A DNA stretch of 64,000 nt from an uncultured Acidobacteriota bacterium. GTDB taxonomy: Bacteria > Acidobacteriota > Terriglobia > Terriglobales > Acidobacteriaceae. The position numbers and the translations under genes were made by a program. The notes beneath the pieces were generated by a model, which saw nothing but the letters and a program-made list of their open reading frames with translations, was not told the DNA's origin and searched no databases. Location: assembly GCA_963766785.1 (NCBI GenBank), contig CAVYBV010000003.1:81504-145503 (forward strand), given 5' to 3'. This document shows, piece by piece, positions 52,572 through 62,594 of this stretch (position 1 is its first letter; each line of letters starts with the position of its first letter).

Positions 52572-54386
52572 TTAGAACGCCGCCGGCCGCTCGCCCATCG
52601 CGTTGAACTCCGCCTCCAGCGCCATGCCTGCCTGGCACAGCACCCCTTCCTCAAACAACCTGCCGATCAGCGTGACCCCGTGCGGCACGCGGCGGGGCGG
52701 CGAGAACTTCGGCAGCGGGTGCGCCGGGTCGGGCGCCCAGTCGCTGCGCGCCTCGCTCACCTCCACAAATCCCGCGCGCAGGGTGAGCGATGGATGTCCG
52801 GTGTTGTTGGTGATGACCAGCATCTCGTCGCGCAGGCTCGGCACCAGCAACAGGTCGACCTGGCTCATCACGCGCGCCATCTCTTCCGCCACCTTGCGGC
52901 GGAAGCGGTCGGTCTGCACAAGGTCTACCGCCGACAAGAATCGCGACTGCCGGAACACATTGGGCCACGCGTCCGGCACCTGCATCTTCAGCTCGTCGAG
53001 TTTTCCGCTCAGCACCAGCTGGTCGAACGCCGCAGCGGCCTCGGCAAACAGGATCAGGTTCAGCGAGTCGTAGGGCCAGTCGGGAATCGACATCTCGACC
53101 GGCGTCATCCCCAACTTGCTCACCGTGTCCAGCGCCGCGCGATCGACGTCCGTCGCCGGCGGTTCCTTCATCCAGGCGGGGAAGTAGCCCACGCGCAGAC
53201 CCTTCACGCTCTGGCCCGAATCAAAGGTCAGTTTCGCGGGCACGCTGGCCAGGTCGCCGGGATCGGGCCCGCTGATCGCCTTCAGCACCAGGATGGTGTC
53301 CTCGACGCCGCGCGCCATCGGCCCCAGCTTGTCCAGGCTCCAGCACAGCGTCATCGCGCCGGTGCGCGCCACGCGGCCGTATGTCGGCCGCAGTCCGGTG
53401 ATGCCGCAGCGCATGGACGGGCTGACGATGCTGCCGCCGGTTTCGCTGCCGATGGCAAACCCCACTAGCCCCGCCGCCACTGCCGCGCCCGGTCCCGCGC
53501 TCGACCCGGACGATCCTTCCTCCAGCATCCATGGGTTCAGGGTTTGTCCGCCGAACCACACGTCGTTCAGCGCCAGCGCGCCCATGCTCAGCTTGGCCAC
53601 CAGCACCGCGCCGGCATCGTTCAGCCGCTTTACCACGGCGCTGTCCTGGTCGGGCACGCGATTGCGATAAGGCTCGGCGCCGTAGGTCGTGGGAATTCCA
53701 GCGGTATCCAGCAGGTCCTTCGCGCCCCACGGAATCCCGTGAAGAGGCCCGCGATAATTCCCCCGGGAGATTTCTCTGTCCGCTGCCTTCGCCTGTTCGA
53801 GCGCATGATTGCGCGTCAGCGTGATGACGCACCGCAGTTGCGGCCCGTATTGTTCGAGCCGTTCGATATAGTTTTTCGTCAGCTCCTCCGACGTCAGATC
53901 CCCGGACTCGATCCACTTGGCCAACTGCGTCAGCGGCGCGTAGGCAATGTCTTCTTTTTTGCGCGGCAAATAACCGGCGGGCGGCATGGCGGGCATAAAC
54001 ACGCCATTGCCTTCGTCGAGCTGCACTTGGGGAATGGCCGGATTCCACAGCGTGGCCGGCGACAAGGTGTCTTCGAGCGCCAGCTTGCGCGGCCCGGTGC
54101 GCAGCTCGTAGTTGGGCGCCATCTGCATGCGCCAGTTGCCGGCGGCCTCGGCGCGCTCGGCCTCGGTCAGCGTCGCCTGCACCAGCTTTTCCGCATGCGC
54201 AAGGTCGTCCGAGGTCACCACCGGCCCCACCGCCGGCGACGTGCCAAATGCCGTCGGCGCGCCCGGCGTCTGCTGTTGCGGCTGAGGAACCTGCGCGCCC
54301 GCATTCGCGGCTGGACTCGACTCCAGCGCCGCGGCCAGCGCGGCAAACGAACTCAGCGTCATGAATTCCCTTCGTGTGGCCCCCAT
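52572..54386 (-). CDS. amidase-signature family amidase with Tat signal peptide
   Basis: 604-aa ORF. Twin-arginine motif TRREFM. AS signature ...GGSSGSSAGPGAAVAAG... and GSETGGSIVSPS. Confidence 0.88.
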   Translation of the reverse strand: MGATRREFMTLSSFAALAAALESSPAANAGAQVPQPQQQTPGAPTAFGTSPAVGPVVTSDDLAHAEKLVQATLTEAERAEAAGNWRMQMAPNYELRTGPRKLALEDTLSPATLWNPAIPQVQLDEGNGVFMPAMPPAGYLPRKKEDIAYAPLTQLAKWIESGDLTSEELTKNYIERLEQYGPQLRCVITLTRNHALEQAKAADREISRGNYRGPLHGIPWGAKDLLDTAGIPTTYGAEPYRNRVPDQDSAVVKRLNDAGAVLVAKLSMGALALNDVWFGGQTLNPWMLEEGSSGSSAGPGAAVAAGLVGFAIGSETGGSIVSPSMRCGITGLRPTYGRVARTGAMTLCWSLDKLGPMARGVEDTILVLKAISGPDPGDLASVPAKLTFDSGQSVKGLRVGYFPAWMKEPPATDVDRAALDTVSKLGMTPVEMSIPDWPYDSLNLILFAEAAAAFDQLVLSGKLDELKMQVPDAWPNVFRQSRFLSAVDLVQTDRFRRKVAEEMARVMSQVDLLLVPSLRDEMLVITNNTGHPSLTLRAGFVEVSEARSDWAPDPAHPLPKFSPPRRVPHGVTLIGRLFEEGVLCQAGMALEAEFNAMGERPAAF

Positions 54387-54425
54387 GTGTCCTCTCTTTC
54401 AGCAGCCGCGCCCACGCGCCTGCGC

Positions 54426-56705
54426 CTAACGGGCACCCGCCGGTTCGTGATTTTCAAGGTAGCGCGCAATCAGCGAATAGACATGGAACGACGTCCCGCT
54501 CCCTTCGCAGATGCAATGCGTGCGGTTGGGATAATCCATGAAGTCAAACGGCTTGCCCAGCTCCACAAATTTGTTTATCAGCAACTCGGTTCCCTGATAG
54601 TGCACATTGTCGTCGCCCGAACCGTGCACCACCAGCAGATTCCCGGCGAGCCCCGAGGCAAAGTTGATGGGCGAACCATCGTGATAGCCCTGCTTGTTCT
54701 CCTCGGGCAGACCCATGTAGCGTTCCTGGTAAATCGAGTCGTAGTGGCTCTCATCGGCCACCGGTGCCACCGCGATGCCCGTCTGATACACGCCCGGATA
54801 GCGCAGCATCATGTTCAGAGTGTTGGAGCCGCCGCCGCTCCAGCCCCAGATGGCCATGCGCGACGTGTCGATGTAAGGATGCTCGCGGGCCAGCGCCGCA
54901 ATGGCCTCAGACTGCTGCGCGCTGGAGAGCACGCCCACCGCGCCGTAAACGATCTTGCGCCACTCGCGCCCTTTTGGAGCCGGTGTGCCCTGGTTGTCAA
55001 AGCTCAGGATGATGTATCCCTGCGCTGCAATAGCCGAATGAAACAGCCCCCGCAGGCCTTGCCACTCGTCGCGCACGGTGGCGCCCGCCGGCTCTCCATA
55101 CACGTAGGTCAGCACCGGGTATTTCTTCGCCGCATCGAAGTCCGGGGGCTTTACCATCCACCCGTCCAGCGTGACCCCGTTCGCCACCGGCACTTTGAAG
55201 AACTCCGGCTCGCTGAGCAGCGGTTTCACCTTCGCCGCCAACTCGTCGTTGGAGACCAGCGTGCGCAGCAACTTGTGCTCCGGCAGGCTCACCATCTCGA
55301 TCCGGCTCGGCGTGCTGAAGGTCGACATTGCGTGCACCGCATACTTCGCGTCCGGCGCGATGTTGTAGCCGTGCCAGCCGGGCTCGTCTGCCGGCGTCAC
55401 GCGCTCGGGCACGCCGGTGCCGTCCAGCCGCGAGCGATACAAGTACATCCGCACCGGATCGTCCGGCGAGGCGAGAAAGTAAAGCCATCCGCCGTCCGCA
55501 TCGACCGCCTCTACGCCCATGATGTCGGCCGCAAAATTCGTGATCAGCTTGGCCTGGCCGGTCCGGCGATCCACGCGATACGCGTGCCGCCAGCCGTCGC
55601 GCTCGCTCACCCACAGCAGGTCCGGCTCTGTCGCGCCCTCCTTGCCGATCCACTCAATCGGCTGGTAAACCACCCACGCCTTGTCCGTGTCCTCGAAGAA
55701 CAGCTTCGCCTGCCCCGTCGCCACGTCAGCCAGCAACAACTGATCGTGTTGCTGCAGCCGGTCCAGGTACTCGATCATCAGCTCGCGCGAGTTGCCCGCC
55801 CACTGCATCTGCGCGATGTAGTGCTGCCGCGGATCGCCCTCGAGCGCCATCCATTTCGTCGCCCCGCCCGCCGCCGACACCACGCCCACGCGCACCGCTG
55901 AGTTCGTCGTCCCTGGCTGCGGGTACTTGTACTTGAACAGCACCGGGTACTCCGCTTCCGTGTCGTTGATCAGCGTGTACTCGCCCACACCCGACTGGTC
56001 GAACTGCCAGTACGCAATCGATTGCGAATCCGGGCTCCAGCGGAAGCAGTTGCGCAGATCCAGCTCCTCCTCGCTCACCCAGTCCGACGTGCCGTTGATG
56101 ATGTCCGCTGTCCCGTCCGTGGTCAGTTGCGTGATCTTCTCTGTGGCCAGTTCTTCCGCGTACAGGTTGTGCTCCTCCACCCACGCCACCCGCGTCGAAT
56201 CCGGCGAGAAAGTGGCAAACATCAGCGACGACTCCGGCGCATTGCCGCCCAGCTTCATCAGCTGGCCGGTGGCCTCGTCGAATACCCAGTAATCGCCGCG
56301 CGTAGGCAGCCGCCAAACCTTCTTGCCGTTGGTAAAGATCAGCAGCTTCTTCCGGTCCGCGGACCACGAATAGCCCTGGATGCTCAGGGGTTCGCTCGCG
56401 CCGGTCGGGGTCAGTTTCGCCGCCGCAATCAGCACCGTGCGCGCGCCCGTGGCCGTATCGTAGGCCACAATATCCCTGCCCTTGCCCTTGGCCGCCGGCT
56501 CCAGGATGGTGTAAATCGCGCCCTCCTTCTGCCACGCCAGTTGCACGCCCTTCGACTCGTACTCGTGCCGGTTGAACATGGCATCGAGCTGCGCGTTCAG
56601 TGTGGCGCGCGCCGCATCCTCCGGCCCCGCCCACAGCGCTACCGGTGCAAGGAAACAACCCGCCGCCAAACAAACAGACGCGACTCTTCGACCAAATTTC
56701 AACAC
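54426..56705 (-). CDS. dipeptidyl-peptidase IV-type serine peptidase (S9B), secreted
   Basis: Track ORF is 54426..56732. The GTG at 56705 is preferred, with GGAGG 7 nt upstream. N-terminal DPP-IV beta-propeller, C-terminal catalytic domain with nucleophile WGWSGGG and ...GSGDDNVH. Confidence 0.88.
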   Translation of the reverse strand: MLKFGRRVASVCLAAGCFLAPVALWAGPEDAARATLNAQLDAMFNRHEYESKGVQLAWQKEGAIYTILEPAAKGKGRDIVAYDTATGARTVLIAAAKLTPTGASEPLSIQGYSWSADRKKLLIFTNGKKVWRLPTRGDYWVFDEATGQLMKLGGNAPESSLMFATFSPDSTRVAWVEEHNLYAEELATEKITQLTTDGTADIINGTSDWVSEEELDLRNCFRWSPDSQSIAYWQFDQSGVGEYTLINDTEAEYPVLFKYKYPQPGTTNSAVRVGVVSAAGGATKWMALEGDPRQHYIAQMQWAGNSRELMIEYLDRLQQHDQLLLADVATGQAKLFFEDTDKAWVVYQPIEWIGKEGATEPDLLWVSERDGWRHAYRVDRRTGQAKLITNFAADIMGVEAVDADGGWLYFLASPDDPVRMYLYRSRLDGTGVPERVTPADEPGWHGYNIAPDAKYAVHAMSTFSTPSRIEMVSLPEHKLLRTLVSNDELAAKVKPLLSEPEFFKVPVANGVTLDGWMVKPPDFDAAKKYPVLTYVYGEPAGATVRDEWQGLRGLFHSAIAAQGYIILSFDNQGTPAPKGREWRKIVYGAVGVLSSAQQSEAIAALAREHPYIDTSRMAIWGWSGGGSNTLNMMLRYPGVYQTGIAVAPVADESHYDSIYQERYMGLPEENKQGYHDGSPINFASGLAGNLLVVHGSGDDNVHYQGTELLINKFVELGKPFDFMDYPNRTHCICEGSGTSFHVYSLIARYLENHEPAGAR

Positions 56706-56940
56706 TGACAAACCTCCGCGACAATTCAGCACAAGTGTTCGTGCGTATTTTCTGTCCCCCGATTATAAGCAGTCGCACATCACGCCGCTACCGCGGCGCG
56801 ATGCGGTCTGTCTTTCCTCCGGCGCCTACACGCTGCGGGTTACATCCGCAATGGATGCTGGCCTTGCCGACAACATTTGGTCGATGGGGAAATTGATCGG
56901 ATTGTTGGAGCAGAAGGAAAGTGTTGCTGCGGCCTGGAAT

Positions 56941-57807
56941 TCAAGCTGCAGCATTGCCGGTATCGGTCCAATACCTTAATACGATGATTGAGTATTGCGA
57001 TACGCACTGGAAGTTCACGGCTGTTGCGTAGTGCGCGGCAACCGGCAGGGCGGCAATGAGGCGGCTCGTGTAAGGGTGGGCGGGATTGGTGAACAGCTCG
57101 CCCGTGGGGCGGCATTCCACGATCTGTCCCTGGTGCATCACGGCCACGCGATGGCTGATGGCGGCGACCGAAAGAAGATCGTGCGAGATGAAGAGAATGC
57201 CCATTTCCAGCTTGTGGCTCAGTTCGGCGAAAAGGCGAAGTATCTCGGACTGGGTGACGATATCGAGGGCGCTTGTGGGCTCATCGGCGATGAGAAGGGA
57301 CGGCCGGTGAAGAATGGCGATAATGACCCGCTGGGCCTGGCCATCGCTGAGAGCGGAGGGGCGACGGCGAAGCAGGTCGGGGTCTGCGGGCAGGCTGACA
57401 TCGGCGAGGCATTGGAGTATGGCGCGCATGCAGTCGTCTTTGCAGTAAGGGCGGCGATGCGCGCGCCAGGTTTCCTCGAGCTGATCGCCAATGCGCAGCA
57501 CGGGATTGAGAGCCGATAGCGGACTTTGCAGAACCAGGGTCATCTGGCGTCCGCGAAGGCGGCGCATTTCCCGCTCCTTGAGCTGCAGAAGGTCCCGGCC
57601 GCGAAAACGGACGTAGCCATGAACCTGGCCGCGCCTGAAACCAAGGAGGCGCAGGATGGCGAGGGCCAGGGTGCTTTTCCCGCAACCGCTCTCGCCTACG
57701 AGTCCCAGGATTTCTCCTCGAGCCAGTTCGAGTGTCACATCGCGTAGAACGCCCGGGTGGCCGGGGTAATCGGCCGAGATGCCGAGCGACAGCAGGGAAT
57801 CGAGCAT
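56941..57807 (-). CDS. ABC transporter ATP-binding protein (oligo/dipeptide DppD/OppD type), possibly degenerate
   Basis: 288-aa ORF with AGGAGG upstream. Walker A GESGCGKST, Walker B LLIADEPTSALD, H-loop FISHDL. The signature reads LSDGQ instead of LSGGQ. The helix after it looks about 2 aa short by eye. Confidence 0.8.
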   Translation of the reverse strand: MLDSLLSLGISADYPGHPGVLRDVTLELARGEILGLVGESGCGKSTLALAILRLLGFRRGQVHGYVRFRGRDLLQLKEREMRRLRGRQMTLVLQSPLSALNPVLRIGDQLEETWRAHRRPYCKDDCMRAILQCLADVSLPADPDLLRRRPSALSDGQAQRVIIAILHRPSLLIADEPTSALDIVTQSEILRLFAELSHKLEMGILFISHDLLSVAAISHRVAVMHQGQIVECRPTGELFTNPAHPYTSRLIAALPVAAHYATAVNFQCVSQYSIIVLRYWTDTGNAAA

Positions 57808-57810
57808 GCT

Positions 57811-58912
57811 TTACCTCCTGTTCCCGGCCTCCCGCGCGAACCATAGCCATTCGATGTTCCAGTAGAGCTGCGGGCGCAGTGGTACGGGCGCGACGTTTTG
57901 CAGCCGCGGCGATACGGCGGCGAGCGCCTCCTTATTGACGAGGTAGATAAACGGCTGCTGCTCACGAACGATCTGTTGCACGCGGTCGACGGCCTGCTTG
58001 CGATGCCGGAAGTCGGGCATGGAAGCCTGAAGACGCATGAGCCGGTCAATCTCCGCCTCCCACGGAGTGGCCGGCGACTTCTGATTCGGGTTCCACTGAT
58101 GATTGTCGGCGGAGCTGAGCCAGATGTTCAGCTGGGCATTGGGGTCAAGATCGTCATTGACCAGGCCAAGGAGACAGGCCTCGTAGTTGAAGGTGCGCGA
58201 AATGCGCTCGATCAGAGAAGGGAAGTCGAGGGTAACGATGTTCAGTTGAATGCCAATATGCTGCAGGTCCTGCTGGATCATGGCCGCCATTTCTTCCCGG
58301 CTGGTGTTTCCGGAGTTGGTGATGACGGAGAACTCAACCCTGTGCCCATCGGCATCGAAGAGGGCCCCGTTGCGCAGCGCGAATCCGTCGCCGCGCAGTT
58401 CCGCGAGCGCAGCCGAGGGATCGAACTGGAGCGGCGGAAGCTCGTTGTTGAACCACGTCCGTTTGGCGCGCGGAATCAGGCCGGCCGCGGGCTGTGCCAG
58501 TCCGCGAAAGACCACTCTGGCCAAATCCGCACGGTCGATGGCGAGCGAGATGGCCTGGCGAAAGCGGGTGGAGGCGAACCAGGCCCGCTTGTAGGCGGGA
58601 ATGGGCGCGGACGGTACCTGGTTGAACCAGATCTGCTCTGTGTCAAAGCCGGCGCCGGCATCCACGGCCATTCGCGGAGCTTGCGCCTTCAGTTGATCGA
58701 AAGTGGCCGGGATCGAGCGAATTGATCAGATCGATCTCTCCGCGGAGAAGGCGGAGCATTTCGATATCGCGACTCTGTTCGACTTCAAGGCGGACGGAGT
58801 GAATGTATGGGAGCTGCCGGCCGGCTGAATCGTGTTTCCAGTAATTGGGGTTGCGGTCAAGCAGGACCCAGGCGCCGGGCTTGTATTCGGCCAGCCGCCA
58901 CGCGCGCGCGTT
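57811..58912 (-). pseudogene. family-5 (DppA/OppA-type) solute-binding protein gene, N-terminally truncated and frameshifted
   Basis: Track ORF 57811..58671 covers only the C-terminal 286 aa. Homology continues upstream in the same frame (ATFDQLKAQAPR). It then jumps frame at about 58706-58712, where one nucleotide is extra in GATCCCGGCC. The upstream frame reads ...WRLAEYKPGAWVLLDRNPNYWKHDSAGRQLPYIHSVRLEVEQSRDIEMLRLLRGEIDLINSLDP. No start codon, signal peptide or N-terminal half is present. Confidence 0.75.
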
Positions 58913-59167
58913 TCATGGCTGCATCTCCTTGCTTCCTGCATTTGCAATCAAATCGGCGGCCAGGTTTGCGCCCAGCGTAACCAAGGTGAAGAGCATGGTG
59001 AGATTCACCAGCAGGGGCAGATCGCGGCTGAGCGCCGCCTGCCACGCCAGCTGCCCGATTCCAGGCGAGTCGCACAGGGCCTCGAGGGGGATGCTCACGG
59101 CCAGGGCGGTGCAGACCGTGACCCCAGCCAGGGCGAGGATCTGCGGCGTGGCAAACCAAGCTAAGGG
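58913..59167 (-). pseudogene. 3' fragment (~80 codons) of a DppB/OppB-type ABC permease gene
   Basis: The reverse frame reads FATPQILALAGVTVCTALAVSIPLEALCDSPGIGQLAWQAALSRDLPLLVNLTMLFTLVTLGANLAADLI..., matching only the C-terminal end of binding-protein-dependent permeases (xExxFxxPGxG...RDxP...NLxxDL). An in-frame stop at 59168-59170 and a composition break lie immediately upstream. Confidence 0.7.
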
Positions 59168-59199
59168 TCACACTACAGAACGGGCACACCGAAACGATT

Positions 59200-59553
59200 T
59201 TGGTAAACGAGGCCTATGATGGTTTCCCAACCCGGCAGTTCTTCGGGGGATCAGTTCTAAAGTTCATTCGAATCCGATACTTCAGTTCTCCTATAGACAC
59301 CATCTCTGTGCAATTTGTAAAGCCTAGTGGAGCGAACATTCAACTGTCGCCAGAGGAATTCGACCCCAAGTTTTTCCGTGGGCGTAACCATCTGGAAGCA
59401 CGACTCGACAGCCATGCTCTGCTAACGATCGAGTCTAACGGAACCTCCAAATCGGTACGCGCACCATATTTCACCCAGGTCGGCCTGAGCGCAAGAAGAC
59501 CCTTTAACTTGCGAGATCTGAGTGCTCCAGATTTCTACCCCGACGACAACTAA
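59200..59553 (+). CDS. hypothetical ORF in a low-GC segment (possibly a gene remnant)
   Basis: 117-codon ORF with only a TTG start and no in-frame ATG. GC is about 42-53% in three hand-counted 60-nt lines, well below the roughly 60-65% estimated by eye for the rest of the window. No recognisable family. Confidence 0.25.
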   Translation: MVNEAYDGFPTRQFFGGSVLKFIRIRYFSSPIDTISVQFVKPSGANIQLSPEEFDPKFFRGRNHLEARLDSHALLTIESNGTSKSVRAPYFTQVGLSARRPFNLRDLSAPDFYPDDN

Positions 59554-59764
59554 TTGCCAGTTGACCAATTCCCTCATCTCTGGTTTTGAGCTCTCCTAAA
59601 AGGGTGCGAAGATGGAAATGGCAGGTGTTCGTTGCCAAAGCGCCAGAGTTCCTGTTCTGAACACGGCACCGGCACCAGAACCGGCACCGGCGGAAACCTC
59701 GCTCACAGACCGCGCCGGATTGACTGGCGTAACTTCAATGTTTGCAGTGGCATAAAAGCTCAAT

Positions 59765-59840
<76 letters not shown>

Positions 59841-59855
59841 GGAAACACGCCCACG

Positions 59856-60668
59856 ATGCCTACGCGCCTTGACACCATCCTGGCCGCCACGCGCTCCACT
59901 CTGGAGGCAGCGCGTGCGTCTGTCCCGCTGGCCGAACTGGAGCGCCGCGCCGCGCTTCACCAGCCGCGGGGATGGGCCGCGGCCCTGCGCCGCCGTGCCT
60001 CGCCCGGACCTGCGCTCATTGCGGAGATCAAGAAGGCGTCGCCGTCAAGGGGGCTGATCCGCGCCGATTTCGACGTGGAATGGATCGCCCGCCGCTATGA
60101 AGCAGGCGGCGCTGCCGCGCTCTCAGTGCTCACCGACGAGCCCTTCTTCCAGGGCAGCCTGCGCAACCTGGAACTTGCTTCCCGCGCCGTCCGCCTGCCC
60201 TGCCTGCGCAAGGACTTCATCCTGGACGAGTACCAGATCGTCGAAGCCCGCGTCCACCGCGCCGACGCCATCCTGCTCATCGCCGCCGCTCTCAAGCCGG
60301 AGGAAATCAAGCGGCTCGCCGCCGCTGCCCGCGCGCTCGCTCTCGATCTCCTGGTCGAGGTGCATAGTCAGGAAGAGCTCCAGATGGTCCTCGACACTCT
60401 GGGAGAAAACGGCGCCAGCGCCATTGGCGTGAACAATCGCGATCTGCGCACATTCGAGGTGGACATTGAACGTTCGCTCGAACTCGCCGAGTCAATCCCG
60501 GCCGGCGTTCTCCACGTGGCGGAAAGCGGCATCTCAAGCCATGCCGACATTGCCCGGCTGCGATCGGCCGGATTCGACGCGTTTCTCGTCGGCGAAAGCC
60601 TGATGCGGGAGCCCGATCCCGGCGCAGCGCTCAAGGAGTTGATCGCCGGCGCCCCGGTGCGGTCATGA
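59856..60668 (+). CDS. trpC: indole-3-glycerol phosphate synthase
   Basis: Start at the ATG at 59856 (MPTRLDTILAA), 15 nt after the tRNA. IAEIKKASPSRGLI, LSVLTDEPFFQGS, GVNNRDLRTF. Confidence 0.93.
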   Translation: MPTRLDTILAATRSTLEAARASVPLAELERRAALHQPRGWAAALRRRASPGPALIAEIKKASPSRGLIRADFDVEWIARRYEAGGAAALSVLTDEPFFQGSLRNLELASRAVRLPCLRKDFILDEYQIVEARVHRADAILLIAAALKPEEIKRLAAAARALALDLLVEVHSQEELQMVLDTLGENGASAIGVNNRDLRTFEVDIERSLELAESIPAGVLHVAESGISSHADIARLRSAGFDAFLVGESLMREPDPGAALKELIAGAPVRS

Positions 60669-61321
60669 GTCTTTGGATCAAGATCTGCGCCAATACGTCG
60701 CTGGCCGACGCCCTGCTTGCCGCGGAATCGGGCGTCGACGCGGTGGGCTTTGTGTTCGCACCCAGTCCCCGTCGCGTCTCCCCGAAGCAAGTTTCCGGGA
60801 TCGTCTCCGGATTGCCTGCGCACCTTGAGAAGATCGGCGTGTTTGTCGACACGGCAATCGAGGACGTGATCTCAATCGCGCGCGAAAGCGGCCTCACCGG
60901 CGTGCAGTTGCATGCCGCCTACTCCGCTGTCATGCCGGCGATGTTGCGGCGCGAATTGGGCGCCGGGCTGCGTATTCTTCGTGTCGTCCACTTCGGCCCC
61001 GAGGCGCCGCAACAGGCCAGCGCCTTTGCCGCCGATCCGAATGTCGATGCCATCCTCGTCGATTCCCGAACGGCGACGGCGGTGGGCGGTACGGGCGTTG
61101 CGTTCAACTGGGCTGCCGCGTCGGAGACCATCTTCAGGAATGGCAACGCACGCCTGATTGCCGCCGGGGGCCTGACTCCCGCAAACGTCGCTGAAGCCAT
61201 CGCCACACTGCGGCCGTGGGGCGTGGACGTGGCCTCGGGCGTCGAGTCTCAACCTGGCCGCAAAGATCCTGCCAAGGTCCGCGCCTTTATTGCCGCCGCC
61301 CGCGCCACTCAAATCAAATGA
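60665..61321 (+). CDS. trpF: phosphoribosylanthranilate isomerase
   Basis: 218-aa ORF with an ATGA overlap with trpC. IKICANTSLADA..., GVDAVGFVFAPSPRRV, GGLTPANVAEAI. Confidence 0.9.
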   Translation: MSLWIKICANTSLADALLAAESGVDAVGFVFAPSPRRVSPKQVSGIVSGLPAHLEKIGVFVDTAIEDVISIARESGLTGVQLHAAYSAVMPAMLRRELGAGLRILRVVHFGPEAPQQASAFAADPNVDAILVDSRTATAVGGTGVAFNWAAASETIFRNGNARLIAAGGLTPANVAEAIATLRPWGVDVASGVESQPGRKDPAKVRAFIAAARATQIK

Positions 61322-61893
61322 AAAGCTACATTCTCACCGGTACGCCCAGCGCGGGCAAAACCGCCATCCTGCGGCAACTCGAGCTCGATGGCTTCGGCGT
61401 GGTCGAAGAGGCAGCCACCGACTTGATTGCACTGTGGCATGCGCGCGGCGTGGACCAGCCATGGATGGAGCCATGGTTCCTGGATGCGGTGGCAGCGCTG
61501 CAGCAGCAGCGCCAGATTCGCGCGGCCAGCATGGCCGACGCGATTCAGTTTCACGATCGATCCGCAATCTGCACCGCGGCATTGGCCGCTTTTCTCGGCG
61601 CGCCGGTTACTCCAGGGCTCGCGGGCGAACTTGAACGGATCCAGCGCGACGCCGTTTACGAAAAGCGCGCCTTCTTCATCCGCAGTCTCGGATTTGTCGC
61701 CCCGACCGCAGCCCGGCGCATCTCCCCTGAGGACGCTCTGCGTTTCGAGCGGATACACGAAGAAACCTATCGCAAATTCGGATTCGAAATCGTCTCGATT
61801 GAGCCGGGCAGCGTAGTGGAGCGGGCCAGGGCCATTGCGGACGCGGCCCGCCCAAACACAGGAGATGTAACCACTCGCGGCGCACAGCCGTAA
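61318..61893 (+). CDS. P-loop ATPase (AAA_28 / NadR-C-terminal-like)
   Basis: The ATG at 61318 forms an ATGA overlap with the trpF stop. MKSYILTGTPSAGKTAILRQLE (Walker A). About 190 aa. Confidence 0.75.
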   Translation: MKSYILTGTPSAGKTAILRQLELDGFGVVEEAATDLIALWHARGVDQPWMEPWFLDAVAALQQQRQIRAASMADAIQFHDRSAICTAALAAFLGAPVTPGLAGELERIQRDAVYEKRAFFIRSLGFVAPTAARRISPEDALRFERIHEETYRKFGFEIVSIEPGSVVERARAIADAARPNTGDVTTRGAQP

Positions 61894-61969
61894 TCTGTTG
61901 AGAGGAGCGGGTTCCACTTTCCCTGAGCCGCCCTGTCCGTTCCTCTTTTCCATCCGCACGGAGGTTCGC

Positions 61970-62530
61970 ATGGACACGTTTCTTTCCCCAATCGAGAAGC
62001 CGCAAGGTCTGATCAAAAAACTGGTCTATGCCGGGACCCGCCGGCAATTCGGCAAGGTGCCGACACCGGTAAAGGTGGTCTACTCTCGCATGCCCGCGGC
62101 CTTTGGCATGTTCATTTCCAAGATTGCCAAGCTCGACAAGAAGCTGGAATTATCAACGGAGACGCAGATGCTCATCCGCGAGCGCGTGGCGCGTATCAAC
62201 GTATGCGAATTCTGTATCGACATCGGGCGTTTCTTCGTTATCAAGGCGGGCATGAACCAGGCCAAGTTCGATGCACTCGAGGATTATGCCACGAGTTCCC
62301 TTTTTACTGAAGCCGACCGAGCGGCCCTCGACTACGTCACCGAGCTGACTCGCGGCAAGCAGGTGAAACCGGAAACCTTCGACCGGCTGGCCCGGCACTT
62401 CTCTGAGCGCGCCATCTGCGAGATCGTGTGGCTCGTCGCCAGCGAGCATGTTTACAATATGACCAACATCGGTCTCAACATCCACTCCGACATGCTGTGC
62501 GACTTGAGCCTGAAGGGGAAATCCGGATGA
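61970..62530 (+). CDS. carboxymuconolactone decarboxylase (AhpD-like) family protein
   Basis: Start at the ATG at 61970 with GGAGG 5 nt upstream. CxxC motif in [12 protein letters not shown], and an all-helical AhpD-like pattern. Confidence 0.8.
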   Translation: MDTFLSPIEKPQGLIKKLVYAGTRRQFGKVPTPVKVVYSRMPAAFGMFISKIAKLDKKLELSTETQMLIRERVARINVCEFCIDIGRFFVIKAGMNQAKFDALEDYATSSLFTEADRAALDYVTELTRGKQVKPETFDRLARHFSERAICEIVWLVASEHVYNMTNIGLNIHSDMLCDLSLKGKSG

Positions 62531-62594
62531 CCGTCCTGCGTTCCTAGTACACTGGAGAGTTCCCCTTTCGAGGACAAGAGCGCAGGAGTGTCCC

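Noticed and set aside
53544-55901. 785-aa plus-strand ORF spanning the amidase and S9 peptidase genes
   Set aside because: It crosses two well-supported minus-strand genes and their intergenic gap. Its sequence is Arg/His/Leu-rich junk.
59653-59683. GGCACC-GGCACC-AGAACC-GGCACC micro-repeat
   Set aside because: It has only about four imperfect hexamer units with no flanking structure. It is too short to call a tandem repeat or CRISPR-like element.
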